Shown here one piece after another: positions 1 through 12,927 of a DNA stretch of 64,000 bases. The translations under genes were made by a program, and so were the position numbers. The notes below the pieces were generated by a model, which was given only the letters and a program-made list of their open reading frames with translations, was not told where the DNA came from and did not search any database. The stretch lies in assembly GCA_038496445.1 (NCBI GenBank), contig JALMLS010000538.1, forward strand, positions 186,001 to 250,000, in the 5' to 3' direction. Position 1 is the stretch's first letter. Each line of letters opens with the position of its first letter. The stretch comes from Trichosphaerium sp. ATCC 40318. Its lineage: Eukaryota; Protista; Tubulinea.

Positions 1-494
1 ACCAATACACTAAGCTTAAATCAACACACTACGTAGCTAATAAGTACAAAAGTAGAGGAATACCATGTCATATTACCACGAATAGCTGTGTAATAACTAC
101 TGTAGTGAGTGCTAAAAGCTATTAAACGCCACCAAATAATTTAAAGACGACAGACTTAGCTACAGTAGTAGAGAAGATGTTATTGTAAATTTGATAAATT
201 CATTGTAAGCAAGTAAAACCAGCATGAAGATAACAAAGGGCATCAATCGGACAACGACAGACATGTATTTTAATTCAAGCCTTTTTTGTGTTTACATGCC
301 TTTCTCTATGTTCAGGTAGAACGCACCATGTTCTATTAAGCACACGGAATACTTGCAACAGGATTAGAATATATTCCGTTCCTGTATAATCACGTGACAA
401 TTGGTATCTTGCTTCAGCACATTTACGAAATAGAAACTGGTATGAGGGAATTGTTTATTCTTTGCAAATGAGGCGTGAGGTATTAGTTTTTGCT

Positions 495-1577
495 TTAGTC
501 AACAATGAGTATGGAACAGGAGTCATTAGCGCTCACAGCAAAGTAGTAAGAGTCGAACTTTTCACCTAGATCTTTAGGAGGTGTTTTGACCTGCTTTCCT
601 CCTATCAAGAAAGAAACCTTTTTGTGTTCCATATCTATTGTTACTGTAACAATATCGCCCTTGTTAAACCCTTCTCCCCTGTAGCATTTCGTAGTTATCA
701 TTTTATTTTGAATTACTTCACCAGATAAAGAGATACCAACACCATTGCTATTTACTTCACTACCCAACCTGCTTTGCAGGGAGAACTTTTCGCAAGGTAC
801 AATCCCTAGTCTAAGTGACTGTGAGACGTCAAGGACCCTGTTGGAAAGGATTATTAGAATCGTCATCATCTCAAATGACACGTACTTGAAGGCAACACTT
901 TTTTTGCCTTTGGACACTGAAGGTTCGAGAAGAGCAACACCTGGTACTAGTCAGTTACTTGTAAGGTTGAAATTGTCTTCGAAAAACAAGGAAGGCGTAC
1001 ATTCACGTCCTTTTTTCATAGTTGCAATGTTACCAAGTACATTCAAACTCCAAACCTGAAAATACTTAAATTGGTATCACATGATAATTTCTTTGTTCTA
1101 AAAATTTTTGTAGTACTTTGTTCTTGTTCTTGCTATCCGCGCTGAATCTTGGTAAATCAGCTTTAAGAACCAAATTTACTGGGTCACATTCTTTTATGTT
1201 CAACCGTAAAGTGAGCTGTTGAGCGTTAACAGACGCAATCTCACAGGTGACCAAGTTATTCATCTAGGCAGATGGTGAATTTAACGACATATCCCACAAC
1301 CCCACTTTGCTCCACAAACAAGAAAATTAGCGTACTTTATTAGATCCTTTCTTTAGCTGGGCTGTGTAAAGCGATGAGATGTTTGTGTTAACTGTTTGGG
1401 TAACCACGTACCTAGAAGGAATCCAAGAGTAGGCATCATTCCATTCGATAGTTCTGATATCTTGTCGTCATCTATCAAGTCCAGAGTGTACTTGGAGGCC
1501 GTTATACGCACATAAGCTTCTGGTACAAAGCGCTTTACAATGAATTCAATGCCATCTACGGTGAATATGAGGTCCAT
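495..1577 (-). CDS. Multi-exon B30.2/SPRY-domain protein
   Basis: Splicing at GTACGT/GTACGC...AG introns joins MDLIFTVDGIEF... to ...GRECVALLEPSVSKGKKSVAFK|VLDVSQSLRLGIV...FNKGDIVTVTIDMEHKKVSFLIGGK...YYFAVS. The GD.V.V.ID......F..YFAVS pattern is typical of SPRY domains. Confidence 0.65.
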
Positions 1578-3398
1578 TTGTTGCGTTGTGTTGAGAGTTT
1601 GAAAAAAATGCTGCATGAATTGCTGCCAACTTTTCAGAAAAATTCGGAGTGTAATAGCCGAATACGCTTCAATTCTCTTCGTTGAAAAAGTAACTAATTA
1701 TTGGCTCGTTGTGTAAGAGTCTTCTAGATCTAGACTAGCATCTAAGTATGTCAATACGATGTTTTTACCTCACAAAACAGGTTGAAACATTGCTGCATCC
1801 AATCTTTTCCGGCACGTAATATAAACGACACAATTAGGCTTTTCTGTCTGCAGTTTGCTCAGTGAGTTATGTATGCTTCCACGAATTTGTTCAGTTCTTA
1901 GAGAAACAAAAGAGTTGAATGATGTTGGCATTGAACATTGTATTTTATTGGTACCAATACCATCTGTGATCTGTTGGCTTACATCCAAAGTTAGAAACCG
2001 TCACAAAGTGTGTAGAGCCAGATTATGTAAGCACTCCACTATTAAAACAAAATTATTTTGATGTTGAAAATAGTTTTTTATGATTGACGCTTGAGTAAAT
2101 AGTAGCCATACATACTGTAAATAATATATAGAGAGTATGAAACATTCACCAACAGTGATGTAGCCTACAATGACTCTAAAAAATAGTTTAATTTAGGGAC
2201 TTTTTAAGCATTGTTTAGCTAAGTTATACTTATTGCACACATTATCAATTATGTTTTCATCACTTTGAGTAGGTGTCAATGGTCGCATTTAATAGCCTCA
2301 AAGCATGTTATTGAAAAGTAAACGCACAATAAAGTGCGTCAAATGTGGGAGTTTGTTGAATGATATTTGATGAAACAAAAGGTTTACTATTCTACACTGA
2401 TGTTATATGTTATGTTCTACACTTTTCTTCATTAGAAAATGAGTATATGGCATAGTGGTGCCACTATGATCAATTGTAAAAATACACATGCCAATAGCGT
2501 TTGCACCAAAAGTACTCACTTACATTTTTTTTTTCCCAAAGTTATCAAACAATCAATTTTACATCTCAGTTATTGCCACCGATATACTCACATGTGTTGC
2601 AAGTGATGTATTTTAGCTGGCACGTTTATGTGTTTTTAAAAATGGCCCAGTTTTCTACAGCTGGAATTTTTCATAAAACCAATATTAAAGGCTAGGGCCA
2701 AAACGGTCCAAACCGTGACTATGTAGAAACAGAAGTATATGATCTGTTTATATAGTTTAGAGAATATCGATGGCATTGCCTGGCATTATACCTTTTTCTT
2801 GCCTTTTTGTTTTAAACAGAGTTTTATGCTTGGAAACGCATATTCTACGCACGAATAACGCTTGTATAGTATTGTTCTTTGATTTTAAAGAGCAATTAAC
2901 TTTTTTAGCCACTAAACGCTGTAAAACACTTATAACTTCAGTTCCTACATATTTGGAACAATTAAAAGGCTGTGTAATGTGCAGGCATCATGAAACCGTG
3001 TTCAAGGAGTTTATGTTGCTGCTTTCCTTTTAAGGCAAACAGTTTTTGCTTTTAAGTAAGTACTTTTTTCCGTGCTTACAACGTAATCTTATGCTCTCAC
3101 ACTCCACTGCCTTGTTTAACAGCATCTTTTAAAGCCGATAAGCATGTGTGGAATGCTTACGTAATCTGGCTCTAGTTAATTAGCTATAGGTTCTAACCTG
3201 TATTGTCTGATCCTTTTTCATTCTTGTTACAATGGCGGAGCACCAACAACATAGCACGCTCGATCCGAACAGCGGTGAAATCTTAGGCAGCGTTTTTCTA
3301 CCTGACTATTCTGAACGTACTCGGTCTTGACTGTTCTTGACAATCAACACTTCAGAGAATTCTCAGGAAGTTGTGTTAACTATTTGTTACAAATAACG

Positions 3399-5217
3399 AT
3401 GGCTGAGAAGAAGAGAAAGAGTACTACGCCTGTGAAGGGAGAAAAGGCAGCAAAGAAGGCCAAGACAGCCTCTACTAGCAAAGGCAAAGGATTTGCAATT
3501 GCTGGCCTCGAAAACCAAAATGCATCGTTTGAAAACTTCAATAAGGAGCTTTGTGGCATGCTTGTGGGTATGCATCGATTTTCATGTCGGTTAAGCTTAC
3601 AGTTTGAAGAATTGGGTGAAATAGAGAAGAGTAAAGGTGACGTAGTGCGTTGGAAGTCATACACGACAGCAGCTGCCCAATTAAGAGGGTAATTATTGGA
3701 ATTTTTGGATTTTTTCCGTTAAACGCACTGCTGAATAACCGCAGGTATCCAAAGAAGATCGAGTCAGGAAAAGAAGCTAAAAGTACATCGTTACGATCAA
3801 AAAGCGTAAACTTACCTCTGTTGTAGAGTTAAAGGGTATAGGTGTAAAAATAGCAGCTAAAATACAACAATACGTTGATACAGGCACAATCCCAAAGTAT
3901 TAACTCTAAAACGCCACAAAACCTCATTTCCCTGCGTAGGCTTGTAAAAGAACTCGCCAGACCAGAAATCCAAGCTCTAAAAAAATTAACGAGCATACCA
4001 GGAGTTGGGTACGCTTTTTTTTATCGTCAACAGTCCTTTTGCACTTACTACTGATTTAAAAAATCCTGTCAACCTTTATTTTTGGTTTTTGATCAAAAAC
4101 CTCTGAAAAACTAATGTCATTTTCAACAGTCCTGTTGCTGCCGCAAAATGGTTTACAGATCTCGCTGTCTGTGATATCGAAACACTTCGTGTAGCTGTCA
4201 GTAAGGGCGATATTGTATTGACTTCACACCAAAATGTTGGTACGTCACGTGTTAATCACGTGAAGAAAAATTATAAAAATCGATCAAACTTGTTGACATT
4301 TGGTTGATTTATTGTTATTCAAGGTGTAACGTACTATGAGGATTTGATGGAGCGTATTCCAAGAAAGGAAGTTACAAAGCTTGCAAAATATGTGTTTGAT
4401 GTTTGTAAAGAAATTGATCCAAAAATAACAGCACAAGTGTGTGGTAGTTAGTACGTGATATCTTGTTTGCAGTTTATGTTATTTTGGATTACTGGGTCAT
4501 TATTGTTTACAACTTAAAAATAGTCGAAGAGGAAATGATACATCCGGTGATTTAGGTAAGAAATCAAGCCAAAAACAATTCTTTCCAAAAAAAAATCCGA
4601 AATGTTAACCTTTGTCTAGATGTCTTGCTAATGCACCCTGATTTCAATAACGCTGCAAAAAAGAAAAAGAACTTTCTAAATATATTACCACGTATAATCA
4701 AAAAGCTTAAGGAACAAGGTATGTATCCGAGCAATGTCTCCAGAAATCTTGTAAAGAGAAAATATTTTTGATATCTGTTTGAAAAAACCAACTCACAAAA
4801 AATCTCTTCGTAGAATTCCTTGTTGCTGATATGTCCAATGGTAATGTTAAATACATGGGCGTGTGTCGCTTGCCTGATAAGAATGCTAAAGCGAGACATA
4901 TTGATCTTAAACTGTTTCCTACAGAGGCTTTTGTTCCTGCTCTTCTTCATTTCACTGGATCTGCAGAACATAACAGACAGATGAGTTGTATTGCTATTCT
5001 CAATGGATTTATGTTGAACGAGTATGAACTACGTCCAGTCGGAGAGAATGGTACAAAGGGTGATTCTATACCAGTCACTTGTGAAGAGGTACGGCTAGAC
5101 AACATTTTGTGAAACCAAAAAATTTAAACAACATTTCTAACTTGGTGTTTGTACAAATAGGACATCTTTGAGATGTTGGGAGTACCTTATCGTGAACCAA
5201 GCCAAAGAAACTTGTAA
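3399..5217 (+). CDS. POLB: DNA polymerase beta (family X), multi-exon
   Basis: Spliced exons give the HhH motifs KGIGVKIAAKI and IPGVGP, catalytic VCGSYRRG..SGDLDVLL, RHIDLKL, LLHFTGS, LNEYEL and C-terminal EEDIFEMLGVPYREPSQRNL*. No BRCT domain. Confidence 0.92.
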
Positions 5218-5619
5218 AAACAAACCAACGCTGCAGACAAAATAAAATAGTTTGTTACATTGCACACTAAGATTATTCGGTACTCTCACTATGTTCAAAT
5301 ACGCCAAGTGCTTTTTGAAAGCTTTTTGCTTTTACTGCATTCTTCTGTTACAGCCATGTGCGTCAAAGTTGGCGACCAAAAAGTTTAATAAGTATGAACA
5401 TAAACACGCAACGCGAACACCTGAAATAAGTGACACACGTCAGAATGTGCACTCTCATAGAATTATGACAACGTAAAGTGCGCTTATGTAACGAGTAAGA
5501 AAATTAACACGTGCCGAACGATCTCTTTTTACACAAATTTTATTTTTATTTTTTTTGAATCTTTTCTGTTTTGTCAATTGTTTGCAAGTTTAACACCTTC
5601 TGTTTTCTTGAAGATGAAT

Positions 5620-6890
5620 CTATTTACGTCTTCTCTTCTTTGCCAGTAGATTCTTTGGTATCTCATCTAACCCTTTAATCGAAAATAGCCTGTTTGCGCG
5701 CTGCTCTAAAGTTCCACCACATTTCATCCCTCTTAGTGTAAGTTGAGTCTTTAAATCATCCAAACCAAGTTTCTCAAGTGATTTACTTGATGAGAAGTCA
5801 TCCAAATCTACTTTTTCGACCTAAACAAAATAACTTTCAGCAAAAACCAAAAAAAAAAAGTTACCGTTTTTTACCTTTTTTTTTGGTTCTTCTTTAACTT
5901 CCTCAGCCGGTTTCTTAGATTTACTAGCTTCTTTCTTAGCTTTACTTTTTCCATCACCATTCAAACGTTGCTTTTTACGTGGTGGTGGGGATACATCCTC
6001 TTCTTCTTTTTCCTCCACACTTTTATCCTCTCCAGACTCACTATCATGGGATGGAGCGTCTTCTGAGTCAGCATCAGATTCAGAATCAGATAAATCATCA
6101 TAAGGTGTCCTAGAATCAAAAATCAACAAAGATTCATATCACCAAGGACCTCTAAAAACGAGGCAACAAATGCGCTGAAATGACGATTTCAAAAAAAAAT
6201 ACAAAAAAGGAGATTTTGTGGTTCTAGACGTACCAGAACTTTGGTTTTTTCTTTGGTTTCGGTTTTTGTGCTTTTTTCTTTGCTTCTAAAGCCTTTAAAC
6301 CTAAAAGAGTTACAAAACGGCCGTACGTTATCATAACAATCATACCTTTTTCCAGTGATACCTGTGAGTGCTTACTAACTTGCTCACGTTGCTCATGGAA
6401 CTCGTTTTGGTCAAACTGAAATTTTGGAACCTTAGGGCGTAGTGCTCTTTGTCTTGCTTTGTGTCTGGCAATATACTTGTCTTTGTTTAAGTCCCTGGTA
6501 GCGGTTAAATTAGTTTTATGTAAATGTAAGTGTAATTACGCACCAGTCTCTTTGTCGTTTCTCTCGTTTAACGTCGCGCAAGCGTCGCCCATTTAAATCT
6601 CTACAAGCACCGAAATTCGTTGTTTTTTTGACGAAACCGCGTGGACCGCCTCTTAAATTAGCACCAAAACCTCCCTTACCTCCTAAGAGGGAGAAATTTA
6701 ACGATAGGACATTAATTAAGCCTGTAAGCGTTTCTGAATCCCCAGGATATACGGTGCCATGTTTTAACGCCTGATACCGAGGTGGAATACCCGTTCGTTT
6801 ATGTATTGCTTCTTTTAACGCCCCAATAGATATGGAATCATTGATATTGAAATTTAGAGTATCTGAGCCAGTCTGTAAAAGAACTTGCAT
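5620..6890 (-). CDS. SDE2: Splicing regulator Sde2 (ubiquitin-like N-terminus, LGG|KGG cleavage site, C-terminal SAP domain)
   Basis: A ubiquitin fold is followed by [14 protein letters not shown]...[16 protein letters not shown], an acidic linker, and the SAP-like [32 protein letters not shown]. Confidence 0.93.
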
Positions 6891-7005
6891 TGCTTTGGGC
6901 GTGAATACAACTGAGCTGTACGCCCAAGATTCTCGTTGACCTGTTTCGTTCTTTTTTGACGAAATTTTTTAGTCTTGTCAATATTTGTACAACAGAGAGC
7001 ACATA
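6891..7005. promoter_or_regulatory. Compact bidirectional promoter between SDE2 and PFDN5
   Basis: The two head-to-head ATGs are only ~115 bp apart. Confidence 0.55.
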
Positions 7006-7782
7006 ATGGCTGAACAACAACAACAAGTAGTACAACTTGATTCTTTGACCATAGAGCAATTGAGAAGCTATGATCAAGCTCTAAAGGAGGTACAATTTTG
7101 TTTATCATCATTTCAAGGTTAAATATACGTAAAACTCACGCGTCAAACACCAGGAAGTAACAATTCTCGTTGATTCGCTAAAAAAGCTTGGTGCTGTACG
7201 TAACACATATAAAGAGGCCAGTGATTCTCTTAAAGACGTAACAGAAGGAAAAGGTTCGTTTTAAATCATAATGTAACATAAAAACGCTCACACGTACCAA
7301 AGATGATGAATGGATGATACCTTTAACTGATTCAGTACGTAATACAACCTGTTCATAAATCTTACAGCGCGTAAACAATGCGAACGCTACTAAACACCAT
7401 AGCGCGCTTTATAACATTAATTACGCTTCAAAACAGCAAATTTTATGTCCCATCCGTTTTAAAACTAAACGACACTCTAGCTTTACGTACCAGGTTCTCT
7501 TGTTGACGCCAATACAGTACTCATTGACATTGGCACCGGATTTTACGCTGAAAAGGTACGTCCGAACGAAAAACACATTCGTTTTTCTAAGACAGCTAAT
7601 AACCGGTTCTTTAGACAACAGAAGACGCTAAAAAACACTGGGGTAGAAAAACAGCAAGTCTTGAAGAAAAAATTAAAGAATACTCGGCTACTTTACAACA
7701 AAAGCAACAAAGCTTACAGGCTATTACACACCAACTCCAGGTAAAGATTATGGAACGTCTAAATCAGCAAGGTCAAGTATAG
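7006..7782 (+). CDS. PFDN5: Prefoldin subunit 5 (alpha type), 5 exons; missed by the ORF track
   Basis: Spliced product MAEQQQQVVQLDSLTIEQLRSYDQALKE|EVTILVDSLKKL...|DDEWMIPLTDS|LYVPGSLVDANTVLIDIGTGFYAEK|TTEDAKKHWGRK... matches the PLT.SLYVPG / IDIGTG.Y.EK signature. Confidence 0.9.
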
Positions 7783-8142
7783 AAAAAAAGTTATGAAGCA
7801 AATAATAATAATAAAATATTGACAATCCCAAAAAATCGGTCACTTCCAGCTTTCTCTGAATGGATACAGCAACCGCAGTCAAAATTTGTCTGGGTGTAAA
7901 TGAAGGTATGGGAAGCTAATAATCAGGGGATTTTAGTCATGATTTGACACTTTGTTCGCTTGTAATCGTTTGAAAATTTTCGGATAAAACTTGTGCTTCT
8001 TTTTATTGATGATTGGCACAATCTGTTGAGAAAGGAAGTACCTAAATCAATTGTACTATTACCGTCAACACCTTTCCATATAACTAGAAGTTACCCATCA
8101 CGTGCATGCAGCCCCATTGGAATTGTAAATAACTACAGCGAG

Positions 8143-10761
8143 ATGAACTTTTTCACACCTTTGAAAGTATTGATACTCTCTTGTTTTTTATCCACCTGCT
8201 TTGGAGTATGCGTTCCTTACGTTATGAATGTAACAGGATCACCTAGTAGGTGCGTAATCATGTTTACAGACACTTATTTAAACAAACCAACAACTACCCT
8301 TTTTGAGGCGTTTTGGTGATGTCTATCACTACTTATGTGCGTATCAAAGGTGCGATACCATCATTGGAAGCAATCAACTAGTTTATTTGTCTGGAAATGA
8401 TACTCAAGTGAGTGTACAAGCGTAAGTAATTAGTTTTAATTAACAACAATAAAAAAAGAGATCGCGTTAAACGTGTGAGGATTTATTCACACGTGACAGC
8501 CGCTTTTATTCATGAAAAAATAATTTACATCTGCATCACACGTGATAAGACACATAACGTTTAATACAAGTTATTATTGATCTATGAAGCAAAATACACG
8601 TGATTTTAAACAACATAAAAAAACATTGTGCAATTTTTATTTCCTACCGTTTTTGTGGGTGCGCTAACTTGCTCGCAGAGACCTTGATGTTGCTTTAGAA
8701 GGTATAGATATTTTGGATGTTGTTGGTGGAGCTAGCTGTAAGTTGTTTGTTGTTCTCTATGCTTGTCAATCCAGTTTTAAACAATGCAATGATTCGTACA
8801 CCAACGGATTTATTTTACCCTGTGTTGAAACTTGTCATAATATTGCTATTCACTGCGAACCATTCCTGGCTTTTAGCTCTCTAGAACTTCCTGATTGCAC
8901 AAATGAAACTCTAGTATCGGATTGCAATATAACACAAGCTGATAATATAACAGGTTGAACACGACATTTTTTGAACAACAACGTTCTGACCTGTATAGTC
9001 GAAACTTTCAAGTGTCCTCCCAGATTATTTCGAGATGTCAAAAGTTCAATGATTACACCTTGTACTATGAGAAGTGTAAAATATTATACTAAAAAAACAC
9101 TCACCTAGACGAGGCACCATGCTGGACCTGTCCAGCTCCGGCATATTCAGGTACTAAAAACTCAAACTTTGTGGCTTTCTATTAAACGACCAAATTCTAG
9201 ATTTCTCGACAATGCTTGTCAAATACTTCTCTATTGGTGTGTCTATTGGCGGGATGTTTGCTTCTCTATTTTGCTTCTTTGCTTTTGTAACAAGCAAAGA
9301 GTACGTATTGAACAATCGAATACAACTTGAATGAATGTTAAAAGACTTTGTTTAGGTTTAGAGCATTTCAAACACAATACTTCAGCATCTTAACAGCCGA
9401 CTCCTTTATTACTAGTTTATGTGTTTTTACGTCTAGTATTTTTCAAGAATTCTTTACGTGTGAGAGTAAAGCAAGATTAGCCCAAGCATGGCATTGGCCA
9501 TGCACTATCCAAGGTCGCTTATCTAAAAGTGTTACATATTCTAATCTTACTTTTTTCTTACTTTTCTTAGGTTTTTTGCTGATATTTGCTGGGAACCAAC
9601 TCATATTCTCCTGGGTTTTGATGGCGTTTAATGGAGCATATATTACCCTTAGAGGAGTTAAGATGATTAGTGGCAAATACCCATTGAACTATAGAATTGT
9701 ACAAAGTCATCTTTGGAAAACGTTTTAATTTGTTTGAAAAGCTATTGTTGATGCTTTCGCTCTAGGCAGTTTACAGCCTTTTATGGGGAGCCCCTTTAAT
9801 TTTGGCAGGTGGCGCCGTTGTTGGTGGATATATAGGAGGCATACCTGGTTTCACATTTTGCTTCAGTAAGTTGTAACGAAACCAATGTGTGCTGACTTAG
9901 CTCCCAAGTCACTGTACGCAACAGATGGGCACAGTGGGTGTTCTTTTTTGGGCCTATTGTACCTTGTTCTATTTTTGGTATTTGTAGTTTCTTGTACTTG
10001 ATATACCACTTGTACAACATGGCAAGCAAAAAGGTAAGTATTGTTCTCAACATTCAAAGCCTGGCAAAATTTCTGTCTCAGGACGTATCATAATGTTTAG
10101 GCTACAGTTTCTGCTAATGACTTCAAAAGGAGTAGAACTAGGAACCTAGTACTTGTTCATGTTATAACCTATTGGATGATTATGACATACATTTTAATGT
10201 ACACGTGATTTTTTTTTTAGTAGCTGTTTATGTTCTGTGATATTGTTGGTTCTTATCGTCCTATAGGTACCGGGTTTATATAGAATTAAATTTTATAGAC
10301 GTTGGTAATGAATATATTGATTGCTTTCGGACAGCTGTAGACATAGATGTATGCTTTCAAAATGAGAGCTTGAATATCCCAGCAACAATTATTTTTATTT
10401 TTTGCATTGGAGGTACTTTAACTCTTTTTGCAAAGTGCTCTAAGTCTTCAAATAACAACTAACATCATCAATTAATAACTCTTTTAAAAGGAAGCGGAAT
10501 TGCCTTATTTTCAGCGTTCATGTTTATGCGGTGCGTTCAAAACAAATCTTCTTTTTGCTATTCAGGTCAAATTTAACATATCACAGTTCTTTTCGTCGAC
10601 TAGTGGCAAGCTATTTTTCGGTGTTACAGCCTTATACAACATTTAAAAAGAAGGAAGAAGTATCTAAAGAACCAAAGTCTGCTATGACATCAAGTGGAGA
10701 AGAACTCGAAGGAAGAATAATAGAAATCCCTAAGGCTGGAAAACAAGCTTCTGTTGAATAA
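8143..10761 (+). CDS. Frizzled/Smoothened-like 7TM receptor (signal peptide, FZ cysteine-rich domain, 7TM), similar to Dictyostelium Fsl proteins
   Basis: Signal peptide MNFFTPLKVLILSCFLSTCFG; CRD SCKLFVVLYACQSSFKQC...LPCVETCHNIAIHC...LPDC; linker CPP...CWTCPAP; then hydrophobic exons incl. PCTIQGFLLIF, SWVLMAFN, LWGAPLIL, GFTFCF, WVFFFGPI. Confidence 0.8.
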
Positions 10762-11202
10762 AACAATGCAATAAGACTACGAAAAGTTAAAGCCTATATT
10801 TGATTACTTATTCAGTAAACAATGTTGGAGGTGTACAATACATCAATGAAACAATATCTAAAACTGTAACTCCAGTTCATAAACATGAAACAAACTAAGC
10901 AATGCTTAAAAAGAACTGTCAAAACAAACAAACTAAAAAAGCACGTGTCGCTATTTTTGAAGAGATGGCCCGATGATGCGAAACAAACCCAATACTAACA
11001 CGCTCGATTACACATACATTCTTCTTCCTGGACAATCACGAGAACGCTGAGACCAACACCAAAAAACACCAAGCCCGCTTATTTGGTGCGCAGTTAAGCC
11101 AGATCGTAGCTGAAAACATACTGCTGACTGTATTTTAGCAGCTGCACAGCGCATTGACAATAGTAGTAAAGGTGCAACAGTTTTAGATTATATTGTAACG
11201 AA

Positions 11203-12219
11203 ATGGAAGGAGAACACACAGAAAATACAAGTCGCAGCCTCATTACGCTCCCAGTTGAAGTAATAGTTCATATTCTTAAGCAAGGGACATACACACTCAG
11301 TTCAGCCCAGACTTGCCGCCTACTCCGAGATATTGTTCATAACCACGTGGGATATAATATAATCTATGTTAAAAGCGAAAGGGAAATGAAAGCGCTTTCA
11401 GGAACGCCTTTACTTCGAAACACTGAAATTTATTTTGGGTACGGGTTCACTCCTAGTGACAGTCTCTTGCATTTACTTGCAGGCGTACATACAATTAGCT
11501 TATACGGTTGTAAAGGAATAACAGATGAGGGTATAAAGGCATTATCAGGCGTACATACTATTGATTTACGTGATTGCAAAAGTGTAACAGAAGAGGGTAT
11601 TAAGGCATTAGCAGGTGTACACGAGATTAATTTATCAAGAACACAAAATATGGTAACAGATGAATGTTTGAAGGCACTGTCAGGTGTACATACTATTAAT
11701 TTATGTGGCTGTAAAGTGACATACAAAGGTATCAAGGCGTTAGCTGGTGTATATGACATTAATTTATCACAAACAAACATAACAGACGAAGGTTTGAAAG
11801 TACTGGCAGGTGTACATTCAATCGACTTATTTGGGTGTAAAGAAATAACAGATGATGGCATCAAGGCATTGGCTGGCGTTCAAAGGATCCGATTGGTACG
11901 TACAAACGTTACAGATGAAGGCTTAAAGGCATTGGCTGGCGTGCACACCATCAAGTTAGGATTATGTAAATTGATTACAGATGAAGGCATCAAGGCATTG
12001 GCAGGTGTATATGATATTAATTTAATGGCTACAAATGTGACAGATGACGGATTGAAGGGATTGGCTGGTGTGCATTCAATCAACTTATTTGGGTGTAAAG
12101 AAATAACAGATGGCGGATTGAAGGCATTGGCTGGTGTGCACAATATCACGTTGACGTTTTGTAGAGCAATATCAGATGAGGGCATTAAGGCTTTAGGAAG
12201 TGCAAATATTACCATGTAA
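11203..12219 (+). CDS. Intronless F-box + leucine-rich-repeat protein
   Basis: N-terminal F-box-like LITLPVEVIVHIL...TCRLLRDI followed by ~10 repeats of LAGVHTINLxxCxxITDEGIKA (24-25 aa). Confidence 0.85.
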   Translation: MEGEHTENTSRSLITLPVEVIVHILKQGTYTLSSAQTCRLLRDIVHNHVGYNIIYVKSEREMKALSGTPLLRNTEIYFGYGFTPSDSLLHLLAGVHTISLYGCKGITDEGIKALSGVHTIDLRDCKSVTEEGIKALAGVHEINLSRTQNMVTDECLKALSGVHTINLCGCKVTYKGIKALAGVYDINLSQTNITDEGLKVLAGVHSIDLFGCKEITDDGIKALAGVQRIRLVRTNVTDEGLKALAGVHTIKLGLCKLITDEGIKALAGVYDINLMATNVTDDGLKGLAGVHSINLFGCKEITDGGLKALAGVHNITLTFCRAISDEGIKALGSANITM

Positions 12220-12927
12220 CACTCTCAGTTGACTTTCTTCTATCAACTAACCAAGGAACACTAACTATAGACGATGTTGTGAGGAAGACAAAAATGTCTT
12301 GTGGCTCTAGCGCAGCGCCAAGCATTTGTTATATTATACAAGAACACTTGGAAAATAAAAGAATGGTTTTTACAGTTTTTTTAAAAACAAATTGAAAAGG
12401 AAATTTTTGGGCGATTGCTGCTCGCCATGTTGTTTATGCTTTGTAGGTTTTTGTTGTTGTTGATTTATACGAAGTCAACTGAAGTTTACCCAAACGCCTG
12501 TAACGGAGTAAAACACGTGTACAGCCATAAATTATTTATTGTGCAAGAAGACCAACGTAGATTTATCAAAATTAGTGCTAGTGAGATACACAGAACTTGC
12601 GTTGATGTGGAGCAATAGTTAGTCATGTGACTGGACAGTGAGAATATTAATGTACTAAAGTAGACAGTAATAATACCAAAGAATCTCATTTGCACGTGTT
12701 TTGTAGTTTAAAAAGTCTTGGAAAAATGGCTGGCGTTTGTTTCGTTCAGCTGAAATTGGCTCATGCGAACCCCACTATGCCGAAACCTAGCGAATTTATA
12801 AAGAGCGAGAAATCGCAACAGTCTAAAGAGTGCATTAAGATTCAAAAAGTGACCCTTAAAAAAAACGAGTCAAGGCACTTTGAATGTGAAGGAGGTTTTA
12901 TTAAAGCACTTTTAGAGATAAGTGCGC

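Noticed and set aside
11430-12215. Antisense ORFs over the LRR gene (and similar shadow ORFs over the histones, mucin and STPPP repeats)
   Set aside because: They are reverse-strand or alternate-frame shadows of repetitive or codon-biased real genes and have no independent motifs.
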